A DNA stretch of 64,000 nucleotides from Carcharhinus longimanus (taxonomy: Eukaryota), in assembly GCA_030264375.1 (NCBI GenBank), contig JASCQW010000081.1:29397391-29461390 (forward strand). The letters are read 5' to 3'. Each line of letters opens with the position of its first letter. Position 1 is the first letter of the stretch. Shown here piece by piece: positions 50,891 to 62,525 of the stretch. Made by a program: the position numbers and the translations under genes. Under the pieces are notes generated by a model. It was not told the DNA's origin. It was given only the letters and a program-made list of their open reading frames with translations, and searched no databases.

Positions 50891-53453
50891 GAGTGGAATC
50901 AAGCAAAAATTGGAAATTATTATCAAGTATCTTAAATGAGGATAAATAGTAGCGAGTTATGATTATTTTTCAGTCACACACATTAGGGATACCATGAGGC
51001 AGAACTTCATGTAAACCTACTAATATCAAGCAGCGGTATTCTATGTGACTGTGGCAAAGGTAAACCATCCCTCCTGATCTCTCTCAACCTGTCTCATTTA
51101 TCAGGTTGACCACAACATTCGACTCCAATGCGCCTCCAAATTTGTCTAGCTGAGTAGAATTGCGCTTAGCTGGTTCCAATCTTATCTGTTTAATTGTGGC
51201 CAAATTCTTTTTGTCATGTACTCACCCCTAATTGACATTTACCAACTTTTTACATAGCCCTACAGGAGTGTCTTTTTTAACTACCCCCTAATGATTAACT
51301 GTTTTAGAAATGTTATAACCAAAAATCTCTAATAGGGCCAAACTGTTTGATGCTACGTTATAATTATTGTATGCAAACACTCCACATAATTTTTTTCTGC
51401 ATTTGCTGTACTCCCATTGATACATTTGAGAATAATTTAAATACTCTCACTATTTTTTTTAGCAACACAATGAATAAACTAACAACAAATTTGGATCAGC
51501 ATTTTGTGAAAAAGTGCTAGCTAATAGTGAACCCTGTTCCCCTGTAGAATCACTGTCAGCAGCCCCACTTCCCAATTCCCTCCCCAACCCTCTCACTCAG
51601 CAGCCTCTCTCCCCAGTACCCCTCCTTTGACTCATTCATTCAACAGACCCTCTTCCCAGACTCTGTACCCCCAACTTAGTCCTTTGTACCTTTGTGAGAC
51701 ATATTGTGTCTGTCAGTTCACTGACCTGTTGGTCAAGCAGCTGTCTGTCCAACTTGGCCGGTGTTTTGGCCAGCAGCTGCTTCTCTTGCACCACTGCCAT
51801 GTTTGTGCCTAAGGGCAGCGTGTAGCAAAAGAGGACGGGATCAACAAAACATCAGAATTGATATTGCAAAGCAGATCATTCAAAAATATTGCACAAAAAT
51901 GCACAGAATCATTGTGGCTGTTTGGTGAGCAATTTAATGAAGACCGTTTTGAGGGGCTACTTGTTAGGTTGCTCGAGGCCTAGCATCAATGTGTAATCCA
52001 CTCCTTCTGCAATGGGATACCAAATATTGGATTCCTATCTGGATAGTCAAATAAGCATCTGTTTATTTTAGGTGACTGTGCTTGCAATTTGTTTGCAAGC
52101 TCACCTGAAAACTATGTCATGTAGTCAAGCAGTGGTCATTTCTTAATTTTCGACTGCTGACTCCTTCATTTGCCAACATAATTAGAGCAAACTGCAGTTT
52201 GAAAGTGCCCTCGTTGTCACTTTTCCCAACATGTCTAGTTCATGCTGACGTTTTTTTTGCTCTTACTTTTCCCCTCCTGACCTCTTAATACAACTCCTGC
52301 TTCAGTTAAACTTGGTGATTTTGTTCCACAACCATGTTGAAATCGCCTCGCTTCATTGAAATCATAGAAAATTTACAGCACATCCTCCTATCGTACCCAT
52401 GCCAGTCACTGTTTCTTTATCACCCGAGATTTGACATTCATTCTGAGGTCCAGGAAATGGAAGTGTGTTCTGATGACTTTATCAAAACCAACTTATGGTG
52501 TTAAAACCTTGCAGTAATATCCCAGCTACCTGTTCTGCATTATTAGTATTTCAAGAATAACTGGACACTATTGATGGAATTTTTTTTAATCTACATCTTC
52601 CTTTTCCCTCCTCCATTTCCTTTTGCTTTTGTTCCATGTATTGCCTCAAGTCCTCTGATTAACACCTGCATTGTACTGTCTTTTGTACGACAGGGAACCC
52701 TAGATTTTGCTTCCTTATCTTATGGTTAATAGAAGTTTCTCATTTAGGTGAACAGGCACTTTTTAATGTTCCATTTTAAGCTATTATATTCATAAGTAGA
52801 AATTGTTTGTAAGGGTTTTTGGAATGAGAAGTCAAGAATTATTCCCAAAATTTCTGCTTGGGTAAGAAAACATTGGCAAAAAGAGTAATGTTCACATTGG
52901 ACCTATTTATGTTATGTCGATAATGATGTTGTTCCCAAACTAATTTGAATTTTGTCAGCATAATACAATAAATAGTTTATTGCAGCACATTCACATCTAT
53001 CTGATATTTTGTTTCAACAAATCAATAAATAATTTAACAATTTCTGCTGTTTACATTAAATAAACATTAAGACTAATGTGGGCCACAAAATCTGTACATA
53101 TGTTTAGTGACTCCATGATTGTTAGTGACAGTTGCATTTTCTGTTCTTGGTTGTGAATAGTTCAGCTGGTTTTCTGAATTTTATTCACCAATTTCTTGAT
53201 CTTGTTATTTGAATGCTGAACAAATCTGATTTTGATATCATGGGCAGTGTTGCCAGAGAGAGCTCAGCATCTCCAGTGGGAAAGATCCACTATTAAGTAC
53301 ACTATTGTTTCATAGCAGGATATCCATTTTCCGAATCAGGCAGCAGAAGATATTCCATGATTTACAATTGTTTTATTGTTACACTATAGTTCAGTAGAAA
53401 TACTAATTTACACTCCTCCTTTCTGGATCCTCTCCCTGTCTAGTGGCACCCAC

Positions 53454-53663
53454 GATGTGGATGTGCCGGCGTTGGACTGGGGTAAACACAGTAAAAAGTC
53501 TGACAACACCAGGTTTTAGTCCAACCNNNNNNNNNNNNNNNNNNNNNNNNNNNNNNNNNNNNNNNNNNNNNNNNNNNNNNNNNNNNNNNNNNNNNNNNNN
53601 NNNNNNNNNNNNNNNNNNNNNNNNNNGTTGGACTAAAACCTGGTGTTGTCAGACTTTTTACTG
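53454..53663. mobile_element. Penelope-type insertion with inverted terminal segment and 13-bp TSD
   Basis: TSD TAGTGGCACCCAC at 53441-53453 and 53664-53676; perfect 38-bp inverted repeat at 53488-53525 and 53627-53664 around a 100-N gap. Confidence 0.75.
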
Positions 53664-53871
53664 TAGTGGCACCCACCCCAGCAGAAAACCCAGCTCTTAA
53701 ATACAGACTTCAATAAATTTCACCTGCTCACAACTTGCTCTCACGTTTGTTCTGGTTTATTCTTAAGGGGACCCGCCATTCTAACATTGTCAACCATCAG
53801 GCAACTAAGTAGTCATGTTCCTTGATCTCTGGGATTAAGGACTTTGGCGGTTTAAATTTTATCCCGTCCTC

Positions 53872-54150
53872 ACTCCCATGGCAGCTGGCGAATTTAAATT
53901 TAAGTAAGAATCTGGAATTGTAAAGCTAGTCTCAGTAATGGTGACCAGTAAATCATTGTTGATTGTCATAAAAATCCCTCTTGTTTTCTTTTAGGAAAGG
54001 AAATCTGACATCCTTACCTGGTCTGGCCTATGTTGTCTCCAGATCCATGACAGTGTGGTTGTCTGTTACTTGCCCTGTGAAATGGTGTGACAATTGGGAT
54101 GGACAACAGCTGGTGACCTTGCCAGCAATGCTTGTTTCCCATGCCCATCC
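53872..54150 (+). mobile_element. SacSINE1/DeuSINE-like SINE, 5'-truncated
   Basis: GGCAGCTGGCGAATTTAAATT...GCTAGTCTCAGTAATGGTGACCA...GGAAAGGAAATCTGACATCCTTACCTGGTCTGGCCTA; same family as the 40716 copy. Confidence 0.7.
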
Positions 54151-54429
54151 AGTAATTTCAGGTATACTCCAAGATTCCAGATGTGGCTTTGTTGCATAGG
54201 AGCATGGGTCAGTTTTCACCTGGACCACGATAGCATTCAGCACTACCTCTTTTACCTTTCATCAATCCTAAGCTGTTGCTATTCACTTCTGATATTAAGA
54301 TTTGAATGAATTGATACTTTCTCCACTTTAAATCAATGAAATAAAACTACAGATACCTATATACCTTGAGTTGCAATGCCATTAAACACCAAGCCACCTC
54401 ACACTAAGGCCAGAAGATACTCAGGCTTG

Positions 54430-55080
54430 GTGTATAACTTGTCCCTGAGTTCAGTTTCCTGTCCCTAATCCAAGACTGATTCCTTTCACCTCTAAAACTT
54501 CACTTGTTCCGCATTTATCTCTTGTCCCCTTCTTCCAAATCAATGTCATTGTTCAGATCTTCATTTCCTATGCGACGCAGTTTGGCCTATTTATTCACAT
54601 GAGCAAAAGCTTGCATTCCACCAACTCTTATTCTTCTATAAAGCTTCCACCTGATCAGTCCTACTTGTTACAGCCTAGTTACTATTTATATGAGTATAGA
54701 AGACTTATGGATTCCTCTTTATGTTAACTTCCACCCACTTAAGCGTCTCATTTCCTTTTTCACTTCCCCGCCTATTGACTTAACATCTGCCATACGTATC
54801 CTTTTTCTGCTTCCTCTGACTCTCTATCTCTTTTATCATCTAGGGAACTCTGGCTTTGCTTAACTACTGTTCCCTGTTGTGGGAATGTATTCGAGCCAAC
54901 TCCTCTTTAAAGGCAGCCCATTGCTTTGTTAGTTTTCCCTGCCAATCTGTCATTCCATTTACCTGGGGCTGGTCTGCTCTCAAGCCCTCTTCTGATTAAC
55001 TATTTTTTTCCTCAAGATTACTGCTTATCCTTTTCCATACTAATCAAAATATTGTAATAATTGCATTCTGATTGACTCGG
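54430..55080 (-). mobile_element. Decayed CR1 ORF2 fragment
   Basis: Pyrimidine-rich sequence with CR1-like reverse-strand motifs (e.g. AAGACTTATGGATTCCTCTTTATGTTAAC). Confidence 0.5.
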
Positions 55081-55514
55081 GCTTCTAGGTGCCACATTTG
55101 GTCAAATACTGCCACAATGTCAAGGGCTGTTATTTTCACCTCACCTCTTCACTACCCATGCCTGATGGGTAGTTTGAAAACTGCTCCAATAGTAACAGAC
55201 CTATTGACTAAAGCATAGTTTAAATTCATTCTACACTGTGGAACAGGTAAACAATTTCCAATGTCTTGTATTAATATACTTTTATTTCGCAAACATTCTG
55301 GAGAGAAATTCATATCTTTAGCTAACCCTGGGAATTGAGCCAACACTGTATCTCAAAAGGATACAATGTCTTTGGCCCCCTTCATCAGGCGCCAACAGAA
55401 TTACTTCACCCTGAAATATAAAATCCAATTATCTCCATTGTAAGTACATTATATGGTATCAGTTTGTCACAAGCTTCACACACTGGTGCAACATTTTTTT
55501 TGGAACTACAGACA

Positions 55515-56157
55515 GAGTTGAGAGGGTTGGCTTATGAGGAGAGACTGAGTAGATTGGGGCTATACTCATTGGAATTTAGAAAAATGAGGGGAGATCTTAT
55601 GTAAACATATAAGATTATGTAGGGAAGTAGATAAGATGGAAGCAGGGAAGTTGTTTGCACTGGCAGGTGAAACTAGAACTAAGGGGCATAGCCTCAAAAT
55701 AAGGGAAAGCAGATTTAGGACTGAGTTGAGGAGGAATTTCTTCAAAGGGTTGTGAATCTGTGGAATTCCCTGCCCAGTGAAGCAGTTGAGGCTACCTCAT
55801 TGAATGTTTTTAAGGCANNNNNNNNNNNNNNNNNNNNNNNNNNNNNNNNNNNNNNNNNNNNNNNNNNNNNNNNNNNNNNNNNNNNNNNNNNNNNNNNNNN
55901 NNNNNNNNNNNNNNNNNCACAAAGGGTTGTGAATCTGTGGAATTCCCTGCCCAGTGAAGCAGTTGAGGCTACCTCATTGAATGTTTTTAAGGCACGGATA
56001 GATACGTTTTTGAATACTAAAGGAATTAAGGGTTATGGTGAGCAGGTGAGTAAGTGGAGCTAAGTCCATGAAAAGATCAGCCATGATCTTATTGAATGGC
56101 GGAGCAGGCTCGAGGGGCCATATGGCCCACTTCTGCTCATAGTTCTTATGTTCTTAT
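55515..56157 (+). mobile_element. Young CR1 LINE 3' end
   Basis: RVVNLWNSLPSEAVEATSLNVFKARID (CR1 ORF2 C-terminus); terminus TTCTTATGTTCTTAT. Confidence 0.9.
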
Positions 56158-56689
56158 ACCTACAAAAGCACAACTGCGAGCAGTCTACCTTCACAAAAGT
56201 AGCAGTGATTTCCGTCAATCATTTTTATCTCCTGCATTGTTTCTTTCACTAGCCTGAGAAGCATCTGTCTTTTTTTCCCTGCTATCACCCTGTTTGTAAT
56301 TAGTATTCTGTTCGCTGTCACTTCTCTTACCATTTCAGTTTCTGCGTGGATTTACAAACAAGGGTTTTTTTGCCATCTATGTGTTTGTGGGGTAATTTTT
56401 AACTAGTAGCCAAAACTGCTGCTTCCATTATTTTAGAAATTTTGCAATCTTCACGATGGTGCTTGATTCCTAACTCCATACTATTTTTAAATTCCTCCAT
56501 TAATAGCATTTCTTTAAGTTTTAAAAAAATCTTGGTCAAGCTTCAACACTCTATAATATTGATCAAACATTATTTGTTTTCCTCTAGAAAATTCACAAAA
56601 GTCTCTGCCTCGGATTTTTTTTGTCTATAAACATCTAGGATTAACACACACAAATTATGTTCAGAAGTCTTAAATGTATCATGATCTGC

Positions 56690-58910
56690 AGATTGTTCAT
56701 CTGAAACCGTTGAATAAATCTCCAACATTTTTCCTACAAAAACACTGGTTGGATCATCCAAATTTCTCTTGGCCATTGGCATACCTAAAAAAGAGGAATC
56801 AATACAGAATTATTCGCATGCCAAACAGCAGAAGCAGCATGCTTGCAGCCATCTTCAGCTGGAGGTGCTGAGTGGATCATCCATTTTGGCCTCAGGTACC
56901 AGTCTTAAGCCAGTTCAATTCACTCCATGTGATAACAAGAAACGGTTGAAAGGCTGCAAAGGCTGTGGGCCCTGACAGCATTATCAGCAGTAGTAATGAA
57001 GGCTTGTGCTCCAGAACTAGCTATACCCATTGCCAAGCTGCTCCAGTACACCTACAATACTGGCATCTATCTAACAATTTGAAAAATTGCCCAGGTATGT
57101 CCTGTCCAAAAATAGCAGGACAAATCCAATCTGGCCAATTACTTGGTCAGTCTACAATAAATTCAATGATATATTCATTGTAAAACAAAACTTTTTAAAA
57201 CAAGTTTCAAGAGCTGGTTAACACACAACTTGTAATCTGTATCTATCACTGTTTAAATATTCCAGCACACACATGATAAAGTTTGCAGGTTTTGATGTTG
57301 TCAGTCTAGTGCTCCCTTGTGTGAAGACAGTTACAAGTATCCAGTAGATGGCTGGAGGTTCTCACCAATGAAGTTTCACTGGAAGAGAATAGAGCAAGAA
57401 AGAGAGTAGAACAGGAGCAATCTCCCTTGTCTCAGCTTCACGGGTTTTCAATTGCAGACAAGCTCTACTGAGATGAGGATTCTTAACTGGATGCTAATAA
57501 CCACTCTGTTTCAGACAAAACAAGGAGAACACAAGTTGACCAGCTTTCCTCCTCAGTTTGTTCTCAGTTGAGCTTCAAACAAAAAGTTCAAAACATCAAG
57601 CTCATCTTTGCTAGGTAATGTCCAGTAAATCACCAGGGCTTTAGCCTTCAAAACACTTTTTACCCGGTAATTAAATTAATTGATGATCAAATAAGCAATA
57701 GCTCTCCTCCTCAAGTGCTATGTTGGTCAGGTAATTTTTTGGAAATGCTTGCTCACAGTCCAAGGTGAACTTACGAACTTTAAAAAAAATCTAAGCAGTT
57801 CACAAGTGTCTAAGTAATGCAATGATGCACCAAATTTTAAAAGAAAATACAGTTCTTAAAAAGACAAGTAACATTTGTATCCCACACATGCCAGACATTG
57901 GCAAGAGAGAATCTAATCATCACCCTTGACATTGAATGGCATTACAATAACTAAATCCTGCACAATCAACATACTAGGGTTATCATTGACCAGAAGCAGA
58001 ACTAAACCAATCATATAAATACTGTGGCTACAAGAGCAGGTGAGAAGCTTGGAATTCTGCATGGAGTAGCTCACCTCCTAACCCCTGAAGACCTGTCCAC
58101 AGTTTACAAGGCACAAGTCAGGAGTGCAATGGAATATTGTCCACTTGCCTCACTGAATACAGTCCTAACAACACTCGAGGAGTTTGACACCATCTAGGAC
58201 AAAGCCACTTATTTGGCACCTCATCGACCATCTTCAACATTCACTCGCACCACCACCGAGACACAGTGGCAGCATTGTGTACGTTGACAAAATGCACTGC
58301 AACAACTCACCAAGGCTTCTTTGACAGCACCTTCCAAACCCACAGTCTGCACCACCTAGAAGGACAAGGGCAGCAGATGCAAAGAAACACCACCTATAAA
58401 TAAAAAAAATCACTCAAAGGGTGATGAGAATCTGTAATACTGTCTGGAAAAGTAGGCCAGAGGCCGGAAAGCTTACACCTTTAAAAAGATGTTTGGATGA
58501 GCACTTGAAATATCGTAATGTTTAAGGATATGGGACAAGTGCTGAAAAATGGTATTTGCGTGACTTTTGTGGTAGTTATTGTCAGTGTTGACTCAATGGT
58601 ACCTAAGTCTTTACTGTGCTCTATGACCCTATGACCACCACCTGCGAGATCTCCAAGACGCTCTGTCCTGACGTGAATAAAATGTGAAATCTTGCTAGAT
58701 GTACTGCAGCAACTCACAATTTCACATTGCTGTTTCTTCATTGGTGCTGGTCAAAATCCTGGAACTCTCTTCCCAACAGCAGTGAGGGTGTATGTACGTG
58801 GACTGCAGTGATTCCAGAAGGCCACACGCCACCATCTTCTCAAAGGCAATTAGGGATGGCAATAAATACTGGCCTCGCCAGCGACGTCCATAAGCCATGA
58901 ACAAATGAAA
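56690..58910 (+). mobile_element. Decayed CR1/L2-group LINE sharing its 3' tail with the SacSINE1-like SINEs, interrupted at ~57150-57865 and ~58420-58630
   Basis: KAVGPDSI...CAPELA...AQVCPV motifs; YKAQVRSAMEYCPLA; tail GCAATTAGGGATGGCAATAAATACTGGCCTCGCCAGCGAC. Confidence 0.7.
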
Positions 58911-60189
58911 GAATGATTATTAACTTGTAGCAGTTTTCTCAAATTATACAAAATACATTTCTATTCCTTCCCACTAAACTTAGGCACTTGACAAATATTC
59001 AAATCATAAACAGGAGTTCAATCTGATTTACTTGTGCATGTAATCAAATCAAGTTTAAATTTGCAGGCTTCTCTCTCTCTCTTTGTTTCCCCTTGGAATT
59101 CCAATTCAAGTTTTCACATTTCTGTTTTTCAAGTTCAAGCTTTTGTATTACCATTTACTTTTCTAATTTAAATTGCTTCATCTACAACTGAATCCTAGCT
59201 AACTTCATCTGTGGTTTATCTAGATTTGCCTTTTTCCCCCTCAGAATTCAGAGGTTGAGTTAATACTTAAATTATTTCTGCTTTCTCAGTACTTATAACT
59301 CTTAACTCTAACCTTTCTGCCACAGCTTTTAAGTTAACATCTGTTAACTGTGCATGGTACTCACAGACATGTCATGTCCTCTGTTTTGAAGAAAGCTTCA
59401 GAAATAGATGTAGCCATTTTAACTTTGCAATAAATTCAACAAAAGTCACTGCGAAATTGTATTAATTTAAACTCTGGCCAAACCCAATGTACTTGTCCCA
59501 ATCTGTAAATTTGAAATCCTGGACAATTCCCCCAATTTGTTGTGATCTCTGCAGAGACTGATATATTTTAAAAGTAAATATAAACTTCTAGTTAATAGCT
59601 GAAAGGATGAAATGGCAAGATTTCACATTTTAAGGCTTTTACTGTAACGAAATACTTAAAGCATTCTTGATTAAAACACTTGTTGTAATAACTTATATCC
59701 TTCTTTTTCATTTCAGCACACCCAAAAACACACTTCACAGGTACACTTACACTGTCCTTTAAATAGACATTCAATTTTCCCAGAACCAGGTCAAGATCAT
59801 TCTTTTCCCCCAAGTATTTACTTCAGTTCATTTTCTTTCTCAGCCTGGGAAATTTTAATCTCAGAACTGTCTTTCACAGTGAGGTATTTTCCCCAGAAAT
59901 TCTTCCCCTAAACAAGCTATTTGAATTTTATAGCTTCATTTTAACTCCTCTAGAATTTGGTGTTATCAATCTGAATTGTCCACCCAAAGCATCCTGCTGC
60001 TTACAGTTGCTTTCCTTATCTTGGATCCTGTCAGACTAAGCTCATCTGTGTGTTTCCCCTCTCAAAGCCCATCTCTATGGCAATGAGAATTACATGGGCT
60101 TTGTATCCATGTGTAAAAGCTGATTAACTCTCTTTGAAACCCAAAGCCTATTGAAAGTAAATGGACAGTTTAAAGCACAGAACAATAAT

Positions 60190-60280
60190 GGAAAATGCTG
60201 GAGAAACTCAGCTGGTCTGACAGCATCTGTGGAGAAAGAATAGAGCCAACGTTTTGAGTCAGGATGACCCTTTGTTAGTA
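60190..60280. mobile_element. Penelope-derived repeat with a decayed minimal-hammerhead motif on the minus strand
   Basis: Minus strand 60278-60247 reads CTAACAAA-GGGTCA-TCC-TGACTC-AAAAC. Confidence 0.6.
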
Positions 60281-61434
60281 TTTTGCCTTTATGTTGGAGT
60301 TTAAAGCACAACTGTTTACAGCCCCGGCCATTCTCAACTTGTTTCTGGGGCCTTGGAGACTTGCTGTCTACCCACAGGTAGACTGGTTGCTACCATTACC
60401 TCTAGCAGATTTCCTGATCCAGAACAACGCAGCAAGTGAAGATGCAATTGTAAATTCATGCCTGTGCGAAACCGATTTCTTGGCCTGCTGCCATATTCTG
60501 TCCTCCCCGCCCCATCTCCTATCGAACCCGCTGGCAGGGGCATGGGAGAGTTTTGCCCTAACCTTCACCTTTAGGCAGGAAAGCAATGATTTAAAAACTG
60601 TATAACAACTCCACCTGGAGTTGCTTGGTCTAATTCTTCACTGAAACATCCAGGTACTGAAAATACTTGCTGTTCTTGGCATCATTTACTAATTTTGGCA
60701 GTTACCTTTCACTGATCAAAATGATGGAAGATTTTGTTCAGGAAATGAACCTTTCCCCTTTTTGTTTTCTATTTGATTTACCTTAGTTAGATAGTATACA
60801 AATAAAGTCCAAAACGCCTTCTAGACTACAGTGCTACAACTTTACATTTCTCAAATTTTACTTTTTGCATTGTGCATTACTGCCAGTGTCGTTATTGACC
60901 ATGATTCTGAAAACTGTATTGCTGTTAATTTGATTCAACAAAGTGGAGATTAATGCTACTAATATTAGATTGACGCTTTGTGTATCACAGTGCTTTCTCA
61001 CTTTGCTAGTGTATTAGCAGTACATTAGAAAGAAATATGATGCTTCTGCACCAGCCTCCCAGCCTGGAATAAGAAAGGAAGAAGAGTGAGAAGAGTCACC
61101 TGTTTAAAAAAAAATCAGTTCATGCAAATTTCTGTGATGCCACCCNNNNNNNNNNNNNNNNNNNNNNNNNNNNNNNNNNNNNNNNNNNNNNNNNNNNNNN
61201 NNNNNNNNNNNNNNNNNNNNNNNNNNNNNNNNNNNNNNNNNNNNNCCACCCCATATATAATGAACAAGATTTCTAAATGTCCATAACAATTTACAATTGA
61301 ATAGGTGAATTTTTGTTTTGAGTGTTTGCTATGTGCTCACTTGCTGGTTTCAAATTACGATGTTATACAAATCTTTCTGCTATTTAATGTTTCCCTAATA
61401 CTCTGAATTTCTATTGATTTGTTACAGAAATCCA

Positions 61435-61725
61435 ATGGTGCAGTTTATCCACTGGATCAGAAGGGCCAGTTTTACTTGTAGTTTGCACAGAAGTTCTGGA
61501 TTAGGTCAACGTTTGGTATTTTTGTTCCATTCTGAGAGAGGAAGTGCAGAATTGGTTTCACACAGACGATTTTCAGATATTCAATCACTGCCTCTGCCGG
61601 TTGATAATATCATGGCTTCAGGGCAGCAGCCATCATCTAGATCATCTTTCCCTCCACAGACTTACCACAACTTTTTGGTTTTGGACTTTGAAGCAACGTG
61701 CGATAAACAGTTGATACAGCCTCAG
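61435..61725 (+). CDS. ERI3: ERI3 (ERI1 exoribonuclease family member 3), exon with the DEDDh ExoI motif; exon spans 61428-61725
   Basis: ...SSFPPQTYHNFLVLDFEATCDKQLIQPQ matches ERI3 SFPPQRYHYFLVLDFEATCDKPQIHPQ. Acceptor TTTGTTACAG| at 61427, phase-0 donor CAG|GTATTC at 61725. Head-to-head ERI3-RNF220 adjacency is also seen in human. The start at 61435 is inferred. Confidence 0.92.
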
Positions 61726-62444
61726 GTATTCTTGTACAATAGATCTTCTGCTCGTACTTTTCTCCTAGAAGTTTCTTACCAATTCTAAACAATGTTTTTA
61801 TGAGCTAACTTGTATCAAGATGTCATGTTGGTCTATGATTCTGAACACAGGAGTTCATTTAGATTTAACAGTCCAATTTGTAGGAATACAGCTGCTACAT
61901 TCTTGGAGTCAAAGTGAAGAAAAAGTTGATGAAGCAATAATGATCTGCTTCTGGATGTTTTTTGCATTCCTCATAAATATTTCATTTAAATATTTAATTG
62001 CAATAGTGACATCTAGTGACAGATAATCAACACTGCAATTATTTTTATTAATTTGAGTTTTCCAACTTTGGGTCATTTTTGTTGTGTCTCATGGGATATT
62101 ATTTGACCATCGTACACCTAAACATAAGGTAACGTCTAGTTCTGATAAAGGATGTCGTGTCTTATCTGACTATGGAGAGCCATAAAATCTGATGTAATTG
62201 AAAGTTGCATGACACCACATGAGATTGACAACTCGCTTACTGAAATATTGTTTACAGATTCATTTTGAAATAACTCTCTTTAAAGCACAGGCCATGACCT
62301 TTGTTTCCTTTTTTTGGACAAAGTGAAATAATTTTCATGCTCCACATTATCTAAACTCTTTTAAAATCCTAAAACAAAGCAATCATTTCACCTTTTAGCT
62401 TTTGAGTAAGGACATACCCAATTTACATAATCACATCAATGTTC

Positions 62445-62525
62445 CTAGTGCCTGGGTGCTAAACTCAATAGTTGTGCCCATACTACTACTCTGCTGAGAT
62501 CAGCTAACTTGTCACAGATTGGAAA
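62445..62525 (-). mobile_element. Ancient LF-SINE-like fragment
   Basis: GCTGAGATCAGCTAACT is the reverse of the AGTTAGCTGATCTCAGC motif I recall from LF-SINE. Short match only. Confidence 0.3.

Noticed and set aside
55743-55994. 75-bp exact direct repeat suggesting a tandem duplication
   Set aside because: The copies flank a 100-N gap; most likely an unmerged contig overlap.
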